Shown piece by piece: positions 11,620 to 25,090 of a stretch of DNA of 64,000 nt. Position 1 is the first letter of the stretch; the number at the start of each line of letters is the position of its first letter. Where the stretch lies: assembly GCF_004010195.1 (NCBI RefSeq), contig NC_057718.1, positions 5,354,325 through 5,418,324 of the forward strand, given 5' to 3'. The notes below the pieces were generated by a model. It had not been told where the DNA came from. It did no database searches and saw only the letters and a program-made list of their open reading frames with translations. Origin of the DNA: Chiloscyllium plagiosum. Its lineage: Eukaryota. Position numbers and translations under genes: made by a program.

Positions 11620-13828
11620 GGAGGAGAAAGTGAGGACTGCAGATACTGGAGATCAGAGTCGAGTATGTGGTGCTGGAAAAGCACAGCAGGTCAGGCAGCA
11701 TCCAAGGAGCAGGACAATCGATGTATCGGCCATAAGCCCTTCATCAGGAAAGAGGTTTGTGCGTTGGGGCTGAGAGATAAATAGGAGGGGGTGGGGTTGG
11801 GGAAGGTAGCTGAGAAAGCAATAAGTGGATGAAGGTGATTGGTCAGAGGGGGGAGTGATGGACAGGTCCATTGGTGGTGCTGAGTTGGAGGTGTGGGACT
11901 GGGATAATATGGGGATCACAACCTCACTTCCCATCACCAAATCATCATCTCCCAGACCTTCCACAACCTCATCACCTCTGGGGATCTTCCATCCACAGTT
12001 TCCAACCTCATTTTCCATGAGCCACTGCCCGATTCTACCTCCTTACTAAGATTCACAAACCTGACTGCCCCGGGTCGGCCCATTGTCTCAGCCTGTGCCT
12101 GTCCCACTGAAGTCATCTCTCCCTACCTTGGCACCATCCTGTTCCCCCTTAATCCAGGAATTCCCCACCTATATTCGTGAGACAACCCATGCCATTCACG
12201 TCCTCCAAAATTTTCGTTTCCCTGGTCCCCACCGCCTCATCTTCACCATGGACATCCAGTTGTTCAGCCACAATGAAGCACTCAGTTTCTTCCTCTCACG
12301 CCATCCGATCCAGTACCCTTCCCCGACACCCTCATCCACCTGGCTGAACTGGTCCTCACCCTCAACAACTTTGTCTTCCAATCCTCTCACTTTCTCCAAA
12401 CCAAAGGGGTAGCCATGGGCACCCGCATGGGACCCAGCTATACCTGCCTGTTTGTCAGATACGTGGAAAAGTCCGCATTCCACAGTTACACCGGCACCAT
12501 TCCCCACTTTTTTCTCTGCTACATTGATGACTATTTTGGCACCACCTTGTGCTCCCACAAGGAGGTTGAACAGTTCATCCACTTCACCAACACCTTCCAC
12601 CCTGACTTCAAATTCACCTGGACCATCTCAGAAATCTCCCTCCCCTTCCTGGCCATCTCCAACACTCTCTCTGGCGACCGATTAACCACATATATACTAC
12701 AAGCCCACCAACTCCCACAGCTACCTAGACTACACCTCCTCCCACCCTACCTCCTGTAAAAACGCCATCCCTTATTCCAAATACTTCCGTCTCCACCGCA
12801 TCTGTTCCCAGGATGACCAATTCCACCTCAAAGTCCCAGATGGCCTCTTTCTTCCACGATCGCAACATCCCTTCCTACGTGGTTGATGATGCCCTCCAGC
12901 TCATCTCCTCACTTCACGCACCCCTCCCAATGCAGTAAGGATAGAACCCCCTTGGTCCTCACCTTCCACCCCACCAAGCTCCGTATACAATGCCTCATCT
13001 TCCGCCACTACTGCCATCTCCAAACGGACCCCACCACCAGACATATATTTCCCTCCCTACCCCTATCAGCATACCAAAAAGACCATTCCCTCCGTGACTC
13101 TCTCATCAGGTCCAAGCCCCCCACCAGTCCACACCCCACTCCTGGCACCTTTTCCTGCTACCGCAGGAAGTGCAAAACCCTCACCACTCCCCTCACCTCT
13201 GTCCAAGGCCCTAAGGGATCCTTCCACATCCATCAGAAATGTATCTATACCTCTACCAATGTCATCTACTGCATCCGTTGCACCCAGTGTGGTCTCCTCT
13301 ACATCGCGGAGACAGGACGCCTTCTTGCGGATCGTTTCAGAGAATATCTCTGGGACACCCACACCCATCAACCCCACCGATCTGTGGCTGAACACTTCAA
13401 CTCCCCCTCCCACTCCATCAAGGACATGAAGGTCCTGGGTTCCTCCACAGCCAAACCGTTCCCACCAGACACCTATAGGAGGATCGCCTCATATTCTGCC
13501 TTGGGACCTTGCAACCACACGGGATAAATGTGGATTTCAACAGCTTCCTCATTTCCCCTATCCCTACATTATCCCAGTCCCAAGCCTCCAACACGGCACC
13601 ACCCTCCGACCCATCCATCATTGCAGCCTCTGACCTACCACCTTCTCCCTCACCTTCATCCACCTATCACTTTCCGAACAACCTTCCCCCAAACCCCAAA
13701 CCCCATAACCTCCCATTTATCTCTCAGCCCCGACCCACAAGCCTCACTCCTGGTGAAGGGCTCACTCGACTCTCCTGCTCCTCGGATACTACCTGACCTG
13801 CTGTGCTTTTCCAACAACACACTCTCTA
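11620..13828 (+). mobile_element. Penelope-like retroelement (RT + GIY-YIG endonuclease), 5'-truncated, with inverted 5' pseudo-LTR
   Basis: RT motifs MGTRMGPSY and YIDD (12415..12759). Cys-rich linker CYRRKCKT and GIY-YIG-type VIYCIRC..LYIAETGR (12883..13527). 11620-~11915 is an inverted copy of the 3' end. Exact 14-bp TSD cttatctctggcaa (11606-11619 and 13829-13842). Confidence 0.92.
11916..13527 (+). pseudogene. Frameshifted Penelope RT/GIY-YIG ORF
   Basis: Coding motifs are spread over several frames (ORFs 12083, 12415, 12883) with frameshifts and stops. Confidence 0.85.
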
Positions 13829-14619
13829 CTTATCTCTGGCAAAACCAGCAGTTGTTGACCGTCCTTGATTTGTCTTGAGAAAATGTTGTTTACCCACCCT
13901 CAACCCTTACCAGTTGAACAGTAAAGATATAAGAAGATCCCAGATAAAAACAGTGCCTCCAAATGGTTCAGAACCATTGTGGCTGATCTATCATAACCCA
14001 TAACTAGCCCCCATCTCTCTGTCTGAGTGGAAATATTTGTTTTGATTATAAACCCTCTTTCAGGAATGGCATGGTTATAATGTCGCAAGTAACCAGAGAC
14101 TCAGGTCGATACTTTAGGCGATCAAATCCTGCCTTGGACAAAAGTCTGGAATCGAAGGTTAATCTCAGAGATGGTGACTAGGAATCTCTGGGCTGGATTT
14201 TCTGAATAATGGCAAACATAATCAGATTACACTCCATTCCTAACATTTGAATTTTAAGAAACAGCTCTACATTTCTGACAGAATTTTCTGATCATGGGTC
14301 CTGCAGAAATATAGAGCCTACCTTCAATCCAATTGTGTTCATCATTACGGGGAGGATAGGCAGGAGGTGGGGGGGGGGCCCAAATCAGGCATTTTTTTTT
14401 AACAGCTGTAGCTACTGAATTCTGCAACTCAAATTTTCAGCAACACAGCTATCCACTTGAAGGCTCTTTTGAAATGGAAATTTGTGAGCTAAGTGTGGGA
14501 CTATGGTGCCAAGTGGGAAAGGTGGCAGATGGGTGAGATGTCAAGTAGGCAGGGTGCCAGGGTGAAACGTGCATGGGGTGCCAATTGGATGGATTGCCAT
14601 GATACTATATGGGAAGTGT

Positions 14620-15030
14620 TCCAGCTGTATTCAGCATTTTTTGGAACAGAGAAGATCAAGAGATGACTTTGAGGTGTTCAAAATTATAAACAAGTTTGAC
14701 AGAGTAAAGAAGGGTATTCTTTACTGGTAAGTCAGTAACAAGAGGTCACAATTTCAAGATAGTCAACAAGAGAGCGAGTAGTGAGATGGCAAGAAATTTA
14801 TTTACTCAGAGAGTTGTTGAGATTTGTAATGCACTGCCTGGGAGAATCGTGGAGGTGGATTCCATAAGAGGTTTCAAAAGAGAGATGGGTATATATTCGA
14901 AAGCGATGAACTTAGAGGCCACAGAGATATGGCTGGAGAATGGAACTAGCTGAGTAGCTCTTTCAGGAGCTGGTACAGACAAGAATGGGTCAAATGGCTT
15001 TCTTCTGTTCAGTAAAATTCTGTGATTCTA
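14620..15030 (+). mobile_element. CR1 3' fragment
   Basis: ttggaacagagaag..gaggtgttcaaaattat..tttactcagagagttg..; CR1-type tail ending tgattcta. Confidence 0.7.
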
Positions 15031-16164
15031 TCATTTTGGGTATGAAAAGTGGAGTTGGACAGTGGAGAGTATATATGGTTTGAAGGTAGGATGATGGGTA
15101 GCAGGTGTTATGTCATTCAAAGGAGAGGGGAGGTGTTCAATCCTGAAGGAATATTGGGATCCAGGGACAGAGGGGTGTGTTGGGGATGTTAGCTCCTCAA
15201 GGCAGAGGGGTGTGTTGACTCCCAAGAGGATAGGAAATGCCAGGTAGACAAAGTCGGCAGATGTTGGGTTCATTGGCATTGATGTGATGGTTGTGGGCAT
15301 GCTGGCTCAGGATCAGGAAGTTGTAAACCTTCTGGGGGAGATTTAACTGACTTGAGGCAAGTTAGGGGAGTCGGTTTAATAGTTACCTAGGAGTTAGATA
15401 TAAGTTCTTGTTACAGTTAGGTTTCTAAGCAGTCAAATGTTTCCTGAATAGCTTTTTATGTAAAAACATCAGAACCCTTCAAATTTTCCAGTTGAAACTG
15501 AAACATTCAAAGGGTTTCAGATGCCAGGGATTTCCCATCAGAATCTTTAATGTCCCAGCCAATTCTCTTAGAGTCTGTTACAGTTGGAACTTTGCAAGAT
15601 CTCAACAAATAACTTCCATCTATGCTACAAGAAAGACTATCCAGCCTTTAGAATATCTGGGTCTACGCTGTTGAAAACCCATTTCATTCACTAATGTCCT
15701 TGAGTTTAATTTCAGCTTCCAAATGATGGTGTATTTGTTAGTTTCAAAGTTTCATACAGTATTTCTCTTTTCTTGAGAAGTGGGGAAGTTTTCGCAGGAT
15801 TATGAGGCTGGTTGCCAATCTGCAGAGCCACAATATGAACATATCTTCCATGGACGGAAAGTCATAGAGTAAGGCTTGTGTCAATAGCCTCTGACAGAGA
15901 CTCTAAGTGCTAAAGCATAAAACCTCCACATCAAGATCACCAGTAAGTGTGGTCCTGGAACTAAGTATAGAGTGAGCTTGAAATGATACAACATTCAACT
16001 GAGATTTCTACTTTGCCTCTTCAAGGGCAGCTAACTTTGTGAACTTATTATTAGTCCTTGGCTACCATTTCTGATGTGGCTAGCAGAAGGGGCAATGAGT
16101 GAGTGTAAGCGACAAGAGGAATAACCTCAGTTCTTTATGTGAAGCAGGCTTTTCTCTCAATGCA

Positions 16165-16728
16165 ATGGAATATTGCTGCAAGGGGGTAACTCACCTTCTG
16201 ACTCCCCACAGTCTGTCCATCACAAAGCACAACTCAAGAGTGTGATGGAATACTCCCCACTGCCTGGATGCGTGCAACTCTGACAATACTCAAGAAGCTT
16301 GACACCATCCATGACAAAGCAGCCTGCTTGATTGGCACCACATCCATAAAGTGTCCATGTTCGCCACCATCGATGTTCAGCAGCAGCAGTGTGTACAATC
16401 TACATGATGCACTTGCCAAAAATTGCCAAAGATCCTAGACAGCACCCTCCTAATCCATGACCACTTCCAGCCAGAAGGACAAGGACAGCAAATACATGGG
16501 AGCACTTTTCAAGTTCCTCTCCAAGCCTCTCACAACCTGACTTGGAAATATATTGTCGTTCCTTCAATGTCACCAGGTCAAAATCCTGGAATTTTCGCCC
16601 TAAGAACATTGTGGATCCTACTACAGCACATGGGCTGCAGTGGTTCAAGAAGGCAGCTTGCCCTTACCTTCTCAAGAGCTATAAATGCTGGACCAGCCAT
16701 TAATGCACATATCCAATGAGTGAATAAA
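16165..16728 (+). mobile_element. L2/CR1-group LINE 3' fragment
   Basis: Same family as 10939-11432 and 40535-41490 (gtgtgatggaatactccccac..aagcttgacaccatcc..ataaatgctgg). Confidence 0.75.
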
Positions 16729-18154
16729 AAATAATAACAGAATAAGCGGAACTTCTTCAATGCTGTGACTTTATTTCACCAATTTATTTTCCTCTCTGTT
16801 ACAGTAGAAATATTACATTTGTTTAGCAGTTTTACAAATCTGAAAAGTGTTTCAGAATTAATGCATCCAAAATTCCTTCACAACCCACATTGAGCACAAT
16901 TACAAAAGTACAGAACTGCACGTCCAAACTTTCTATTCAATATTCCCTCAGGCTTTACCACAGTGAATTTAGTGCCTCAATGTGCAATGTACCTTAGCCA
17001 CTGCAACGAGTAAAGATTTTATGCTCAAAGCCTGGAGTGGGAGGACCTTGGGACAAGCACAGCCTCCTTCATATTTCAAACTGGAACAGATTGCCTGTAA
17101 GGCTGATAGAGGCAGAAACTCTCATAGCATTGAAACATTTAAATGTACATTTACGATGCCAAGGCTTACAAGGCTATGGACCAAGTGCTGGAAAATGGGA
17201 TTGGAATAGACAGGTGGTTGTTTTTGACCAGTATGGATTTCATGGGCAGAAAGGCCTTTTCTATGCTGTTGATCTCTGTGACAGTACTAGCAGTATTTTC
17301 ATACTGAAACTCTAATGTGTCTAATTCCTGTCTGCTCTAAGGTCTCATTCCTGCTTTCCTCATTCTGAAGCCATCTCTCAGTATAATGTTCTTTTCACTT
17401 TACTAACTCCAGCTTTATATCTTAATATTTGTCTTGTGTATGTTTAACTAACTGTCAATCTACCTCTAACATTGCTTTCGTTTAGTTTCACTGTAAAGTT
17501 ATTCCCCTTTGCACCATCTGTCAATATTCTGTGTTAATATAATGATAATCCTTTGATCTTTGCTACGTGCGCAGGGTAGTGAAGAAGTAGAATTCCTGCA
17601 GTGTGTTCAGGAGAATTTTCTACATCAATATGATTCCCATCTCATGAGGAAGTAAAAATTTCAACATCTGCCTCTGGGGAAAGAGCTGGGTCAAGTCGAT
17701 CAAGTCTCAATAGAGAAACATTTAGTGAGCACTGGTCATTGGTGTAAGTTTAGAATACGTTTGGGAAAGAAGAAAGAACAATCACGGGGAAAAAATGTTT
17801 TAATTCGAGCAAGGCCAATTTCAGTGGGATGAGACCACAGTCTAGAGGGATGCAGGATTAAATGACTTGGCAAAATCTTGACAGACGGAAAATAATGTGG
17901 GAAAGTATGAGCTTATACATTTTGGCTGGAAGAATAGAGGATATGAATATTATTCAAATAGAGAAAGAATGCAAAATGCTGCAGCACAGATAGGCTTGGC
18001 ATCTTTATACATGAATCACAAAAAGCAAGCATCCAAATTCAACAGGAAATAAGAAAGGTAAATAGAATTTTGGCCCTTATTTCAAAGGGAAGAGAGTATA
18101 AAAAGAAGGAAATCTTCTGGAAAGTAAACAAGGCTCTAAGAGGACAGGGCATAT

Positions 18155-18815
18155 GATGGTGTTGTCACTGGACTAGTAATCCAGAGACCCAGGCAACATT
18201 CTGAGGATTCAATTTGAATTTCACCACAAGAGATGGTGGAATACATATTCTATGAAGTATGGAATTGAAAGAGAAAATTATGACCAAGAAACCATTGTCG
18301 TTTGTTGTAAAAGCATATCAGATTCACTAATCTATCTTTAAGGAAGAACTCTTCTATCCTTACCTGGTCTGGCCTACATGTGGCTCCAGACCTACAGCAA
18401 TGAGGTTGCCTCTTAATCACCTCTGTGATATGGTGCAGCAGGCTACTCAGCTGCTAGAAATCTTAAGAAAAGATGGATCATCTGGCATCGGCCTAGGCAC
18501 CAGAAAAGACAATGGTAAACTCAGCTCTGTTGGCCCTGCTAAGGCTGATGCCTGAAGTTGTTGGAGGTCAGTCATCTCAGCTCCAGGACATCTCTGCAAG
18601 AGTTCCTCAGGCTCAAGTGTTTTCAGCTTCTTTATCAATGACCTTCCCTCCATTGTAAGGACAGAAGTGGGGATGTCTGCTGATTATTGCACAATCTAAG
18701 CACCATTCATAGATCCTCAGATACTGAGGGATTTCGTGTTCAGATGCAACAAGATATGGACAATATCCAGGCTTGAGCTGAAAAGTGACAATCGTGCCAG
18801 GCAAGTACCATCTAC
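18155..18815 (+). mobile_element. S2 SINE-like head continuing into LINE RT-coding sequence
   Basis: 18155-18425 matches the S2 SINE body. ~18595-18695 reads ..VPQ..FSFFINDLPSIVRTEVGMSADYCT, a degenerate FINDLP..FADD RT motif. Confidence 0.6.
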
Positions 18816-19549
18816 AGCAAGTGTCACACCCCACTAGGGTGACACAATGGGAATCAAGCCCTGCTATTCTCAGAGTTGTCACAAACATTAGAGTTTATAA
18901 AAATATTGAATTCCCACTGCACCTGTCCTTTTAGACCCAGGTTGACAAAAATACATGGAAAAGATTCCTGCACTTAACAAGGATTATTATTTATCAAAAT
19001 AAATAGATTCTAGCTGCATGTAAACAATTATGAAACATGGACATGTAATTCGGAGTTTAAAATCTAACCCTCTTGTAAAACTCCCTCTGCACACACACAG
19101 AGTTGAGAAAAAAACATTGATGTAATCGGTAGAAGGGAAAATCTAAACTTTGTTTTAGTTAATGGAGGACTACATTGAGGCTGGAGCCAGGGAGATTTGG
19201 CCAGGTAAGTGTAGGTGATTGGTCTGTGGAAAGATAAAAAAAATCATCAATGGTCAACCATAGTTTCATTGAATGGCAGAGCAGACTCATTGGGAAGAGT
19301 GGCCTACATTTGCTGTTATGTTTTATAGATCTGAACTAGGTAAATTGGAATCCAAGTTGAGAGGCAAAGAATGGATCACTTGTTGCCAAAATACCAGTGA
19401 TCTGGCATACAGTCATTGGACTTAAAGCATTAACTCTTTTCTCTCTACAGATGCTGCCACTACTGCTGAGTTTCTCCAGCATTCTCCGGTTTGGCTATAA
19501 ACTAATGGTTTGGCCTCAACTAGGTTATTGAATTCAAATGTGGGCTGCA

Positions 19550-19890
19550 CCAATGATAGTGATAGTGTCAACAGACTAGTGATCAGATCACCAGCTTGAT
19601 GTTTTGGAGACATGGGTCAAATCCCACCATGGCAAATTGGAATTCAATGAAAACTTGAAATTGAAAATTGAAATTGAAATTGACCCCAATCGCAACCATG
19701 TAACCACTGTTGTTCATTATTAAAACAAAAATCTCGCTCATTGAATTTCTTTAGGGAAGAAAATCTGACATTCTTACCTAGTTAGGCCTACCTCTGACCT
19801 GTGCTTAACACGGAATTGCCCTCAGGGAATTAGAGATGGACAATAAACGTTGGTCTAGCCAACAATTCCTACATCCTGTGAATGAATATT
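19550..19890 (+). mobile_element. tRNA-like SINE family S2
   Basis: B-box-like GGGTCAAATCCC at 19614-19625; body ..tttagggaagaaaatctg..; LINE-shared tail ..aataaacgttggtctagcc..catcctgtgaatgaata. Confidence 0.7.
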
Positions 19891-20571
19891 TTAAAATATT
19901 GCAAGAAGTTTGTGAAGGAATTTGAGTAAAAGATTGAGGAGAATAGTTCCAGGGATAAGTGAATTCAATTAAATGGGATCAAAATTGCGAGAGAAAGACT
20001 CAGAAGGTCTAGCAAGGTGAGAGAAAGCAGAGTTGTTTTGGGTCTGAAGTCTCTTTTTCAGAACAGTATGTTCAATTCCATGGAATGATTGTAGAAGCCA
20101 GTGTCATCTCTTCAGAGTAGGTTGAGAAGAGGTTTAATCAAAGTGCCATGGACCAAAGGCAAATGTCTTGACAGAGTAGATTGACAGAATCTTTTCCCAT
20201 TAGCTGAGGAGTCAAGCACCAGTTAGCACTTAAGGTAACCTGCAAAGAAACCATCAGTAATGTGGTGAAAAACATTTTGCAGAGCGAGTGGTTAGAAGTT
20301 GGAATGAACTGCATGTAAGTGCAGTGGAGGCTGATTCAACTGGGGCTTTTGAAAGGTAATTGGATAATAATCTGAAGAGAAAAATACATCTAGGTCTCTG
20401 AGGAATGGATAGGGGTGTGGAACTCACTGTTTTTTTTTCCAGAGTGTCAGAACAGACAATGCCCTCCATTCTGTGATACTGTTCCTTTATTTGATGTGTG
20501 AAATATTCTACCATATTCTGCAATTATATCAGATCATTAATCACATCAGTTACACTACAGATGTGTTATAT

Positions 20572-20820
20572 TGATGGAATCCGTACAGTGATGAAGCAGA
20601 CCATTTGGCCTATTGAGTCCACACCAGCCACCTGAAGAGCATCCCACCCAGATCCATCCTATCCTTGCATTTCCCCATGGCCAATCCACCCTAACCTGCA
20701 CGTCTTTGAACGGTGGGAGGAATTCGGAGCAGCCAAAAGAAATCCACGTAGACATGGGGAGAATGCATAAACTCCAAACTGACAGTTGTCCAAGGCTGGG
20801 TCCCTGGTGCTGTGAGGCCA
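20572..20820 (-). mobile_element. HE1-like V-SINE
   Basis: Reverse complement of the V-domain (gtggagtttgca..ttctcccc). Confidence 0.8.
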
Positions 20821-21050
20821 CCCCAACATCAACAATTCCATCACCCTACCTTGGCTGTTACTTCTTTTGTTTCTGCAGTTTGCATGCAACTGATGAATAT
20901 TGCAATAAGAAATTCACCTTACCAGCAAACTTCCCTCCAAAGTAAACTCAAGGCTGCCTGCTCCCAACATTCACTGTACTGAAAGTCAACAACACACAAG
21001 TCTGCACCACAACGCACAACACACAACACACAATACATAACACACAAAAA

Positions 21051-21385
21051 GGGGTGGCACGGTGACTCAGTGGTTAGCACTGTTACCTCACAGCTCCAGG
21101 GATCTGGGTTTGATTCCAGCCTTGGGCATCTGTCTGCGTGGAGTTTGCACGTTCTCCTCGTATCTGCATGGGCTTTGTCCGGGTGCTCCGGTTACCTCCC
21201 ACAGTCCAAAGATGTGCAGGTTAGGTGAATTGGCTGTGCTAAATGTGTTCAGGGATGTATAGGTTAGGTGCATGAGTCAGGGAAAATGTACAGGAATGGG
21301 TCTGGGTGAGATACTCTTCGGAGGGTTGGTGTGGACTTGTTGGGCTGAATGGGCCTGTTTCCACACAGTTAACGATTCTAATTCT
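21051..21385 (+). mobile_element. HE1-like V-SINE
   Basis: tRNA-like head with A/B boxes, V-domain and (ttctaa) tail. Confidence 0.88.
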
Positions 21386-21712
21386 AACACTGAGGAACTG
21401 TGACTCAGAAAATCTGGAACATGCTGGTTTTGCAAACTTCTTGCTGTCCAGATCTCATAAATATTTTTAATAGCTCAATATTGCTCATGAACATCTCTTA
21501 GCTACACTCCAAGTACTGGCACAGAATAGCTTCCAGCACACTGATTAGACTTGCTGAAATTTGCAATTAAGTTTTTCATCTGGTATTGTTGTTTATCAGC
21601 AGTAATAAAATGCCCATTTGTCCTTGGTCCTTTAGCTTCCACTTTATTGCTGATAATTTGATAAACTTGAAAGAAATATGATGCACAATCCTGATCCAAC
21701 TCTCTGGAAAGT

Positions 21713-21909
21713 TACTGAAAACAAAAAATGCTGGGGATGACAACAGGTCAGACAGCACCCTTGGAGAGAAAGCAAGCTAACATTTCCTGAAGGTCATCGG
21801 AACTTGACATGTTAGCTCGCTCTCTCTCCATGGTTGCTGCCTGACCCACTGTGATCTCCAGAATTTGTTGTTTCAGTACAGATTCCAGCATCTGCAGTAA
21901 TTTCCTCCT
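21713..21909. mobile_element. Penelope-like fold-back insertion
   Basis: Inverted arms; 14-bp TSD actctctggaaagt (21699-21712 and 21910-21923); tail cagcatctgcagt. Confidence 0.8.
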
Positions 21910-22197
21910 ACTCTCTGGAAAGTGAAATTGGTGAAGTGTTTATTTTATTTGTGATTGGTATGTGTGTATCACTAACTAGTTCAGCAGTTATTGCCCAACA
22001 CTATATGCCCAGAGGACAGTTAAGAATCAACTGCATTTTTGCAGGTCTGGAGTCACATCTGGATCAGACCAGGTCTGGAAGGCAGATTTTCTCCCTGATG
22101 GACTTTTATGAAAATTGATAGTGGTCATCATTAGACCAGGTTTTAATTCCAAAATTTTACATGTTGTTTTATTGAATTCAAAAGTCACCATCTGTCA

Positions 22198-22695
22198 TTG
22201 AGTCATAGAGTTATAGAGATGCACAACATAGAAACAGACTCTTTGGTCCAACTCGTCCATGCCGACCAGATATCTTATGTAAATATATTTCCATTTGTCA
22301 GCATTTGGCTCATATCCTTCTAACTCTTCCTATTCATATACCCATCCAGATGGTTTTAAATATTAAAACTGTACCAGCCTCCACCACTTTCTGTGGCAGC
22401 TCAATCCACACACACACACTACCATCTACATCAAAATATTGCCCCTTAGATCCCTTTTAAATCCCTCCCCTCTCACTTTAAACTTATGCCTTCTAGTTTT
22501 GAGCTCCCCCACCCCTGGGAAAAGACCTTGTCTATTTACTCGATTCGTGGCCCTCATGAATTTATAAACCTCAGCCCCCAATGTTTCAGGGAAAATGGTC
22601 CCAGCCTATTCAGCTTCCCCCTATAGCTCAAACCCTCCAATCCTGACAACATCCTTGTCAATCTTTTCTGAACCCTTTCAGGTGTCACAACATCT
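22198..22695 (-). mobile_element. CR1 3' fragment
   Basis: The tail reads (gagtcata)n on +; the body matches 50764-51190. Confidence 0.85.
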
Positions 22696-22972
22696 GTTGC
22701 CAGGACATTATCCTGGAGTTCTGGTCTGCTAGCCTAGAATGTTCCTACATGGCGACCATATCCACTTAATGGATAAACACCATCTTGCAGAATGGGAATG
22801 ATGTACAAAGTGAGTGTGGGAGAGATGAATGGATGGTTTTCTGGCCTGGCATTTCCTGGTTGTGCTATCTCACTGGGTAGAAAAGTCAACAAAAGAAGCG
22901 ACAGACAGACATTCTGTTTGTCCTCTTCTTTTCTTGTAAATAGGTTTCTTAAAAGACCTTGATCCCATTTGT

Positions 22973-23302
22973 GGGCGGCACGGTGGCACAGTGGTTAGCA
23001 CTGCTGCCTCACAGCGCCAGAGACCCGGGTTCAATTCCCGCCTCAGGCGACTCTCTGTGTGGAGTTTGCACATTCTCCCCGTGTCTGCGTGGGTTTCCTC
23101 CGGGTGCTCCGGTTTCCTCCCACAGTCCAAACCTGTGCAGGTCAGGTGAATTGGCCATGCTAAATTGCCCGTAGTGTTAGGTGCAGGGGTAAATGTAGGG
23201 GAATGGGTCTAGGTGGGTGCGCTTCGGCGGGTCGGTGTGGACTTGTTGGGCCGAAGGGCCTGTTTCCACACTGTAAGTAATCTAATCTAATCTAATCTAA
23301 TC
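22973..23302 (+). mobile_element. Young full-length HE1-like V-SINE
   Basis: A box TGGCACAGTGG (22984-22994), B box GGTTCAATTCC (23028-23038), intact V-domain, CpGs retained, (TCTAA)n tail. Confidence 0.93.
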
Positions 23303-24385
23303 ATTTAGCTTCTCAGATCAGCCATAATCCCACTGAATGGCAAGCAGACTCAATAGGCTGAATGGTCAACTTCTGCTGCTGCATCTTATGGTCTCAAGTT
23401 CTGACGATAGGTCCTGTGGATGCAGGGGAATCAAATGACTTGCCCAATGTGCAGAACAATGTGCTGGCAGGAGAGATAAAGGAGTAATGATGTTCACCAA
23501 GATCAGAAATGTCGCCAAATGAACAAGTTCAGACCCGTGAGCTGGATCAACTTTGCTAAAAAGGTCTCTATAGAGAAGTCATATTAGGCTCAAAACCTCA
23601 GCTCTATTTCATTTTGTACTGATGCTTCCAGTTATGCTGAGTTTCTCCAGCACTTTCTGTTTTCATTGAAAAACAATAATGAAAAGCGACAGATACAGGA
23701 GAAAGATGTCTGTATATTCACCCCTGGGAGGCATGCAGCAGGCTGCGAGCATCACTTGTCCCAACTATTTAATGCTGTGTTCACTGAATCGGGAGTTAAA
23801 TTTCATCCATAAATGTCTCTCAGAAAGTGCAAACTCAGTCTGTTTCTCTGTCTAAAACTGACACTCATACTGGCTCCTCAGATGTCATATGGTTGTTTTC
23901 AGCTTCAGAATAGTTTCTGATCATTATTTACGTGTTTTCAAGGTTTATTGTTCCCCTCATTGCCATATTCCAACTATCTCTCGGTATAATGTGCTCACTC
24001 GATCAACTCTCGCCTCACAACCCCATTGTGTTCTTACATAAGATTATCAAACTCTCATCCTGTTGCAACATTGCTCCAGTTTAATTATATTTAAGACCTT
24101 TCCCCTCTTGTACCATCTGTCCAGATTCTGTGTTATCTCGGTCTCACTGTCAGCCAAGCTCATCTAATCCATTGAGCTCCAGTACACATACATTCTGCTC
24201 CTTCTGATTATGTGCTAAATATCCCATCTTGCTGTGTTTCTCCTCATCCACACAGCCTGTGATTTAAACTCCAGCAGACACTCTCTTCCGACTGCATTTA
24301 TGATCTTCCTGCACACTTCTGCCTACCTGGGTTCCCCTTCAGCAGGGTTTTTCAGCAACAGCTTCTAAAAGGTGTTTGGCAGAAT

Positions 24386-24388
<3 letters not shown>

Positions 24389-24419
<31 letters not shown>
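24389..24419. repeat. (GT)n microsatellite
   Basis: Direct inspection. Confidence 0.95.
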
Positions 24420-24420
<1 letters not shown>

Positions 24421-24828
24421 ACTCCCTCAACAGTGATGCTTGATCATGGCAAGAACCTATGTGCAGAATCTTCTAATGTCGGGACACTATTGCACTGTGA
24501 CTCCCACATAGTTCTGGTTGAGCAGAAAACTCTTCCACTCAAACTGCCTGCCGATCCTACTGGGACAATTTCACCTGAAGTTTGAATGCAATATAGTTCA
24601 TTCTGAAACTAGGGTTCCAAATCTGTACAGAGAAGATTACGAAGGGATAAGTTGATTGTTGTGAATTGGGAAAATACACTAAAAGGTTTTAGCAGAATCT
24701 GTTGATTGCAGACTGTAAAAGCTTCTTTAGGTACATGGAAAGGAAAAAGTTAATAGGGACACCTCAGCCATTGCAGGAGAATTTTGTAGTTGCTTTTGAT
24801 GAGATGAGATATAAGGTTCCATCCACCA

Positions 24829-25090
24829 GGGCGGCACAGTGGCTTAGTGGTTCACACTGAGTTCGGGCAACTCTCTGTTTACAAATTCTCCCTGTGTCTG
24901 TGTGAGTTTCCTCTGGGTATTCCGGTTTCCTCCCAAGGTACAAAGATGCAAACGTGAGGTGGATTGGCCATGCTAAATTGCCCACAGTATCCAGGGATTA
25001 GCCAGGGGAAATAGATGGATAGGATGGATCTGGGTGGGATTCTCATCGGAGGTCAGTGTGGACTCAATGGGTCAAATGGCCTGTTATGAT
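24829..25090 (+). mobile_element. HE1-like V-SINE, internally deleted
   Basis: gggcggcacagtggc..attctccctgtgtctgtg..ggccatgctaaattgccc. Confidence 0.8.

Noticed and set aside
20879..20978. Overlapping exon-like signals on both strands (63 nt on +, 56 nt on -)
   Set aside because: The peptides are unrecognisable and no compatible neighbouring exons were found.
22973..23045. tRNA gene
   Set aside because: The A/B boxes belong to the tRNA-derived head of a multi-copy V-SINE.
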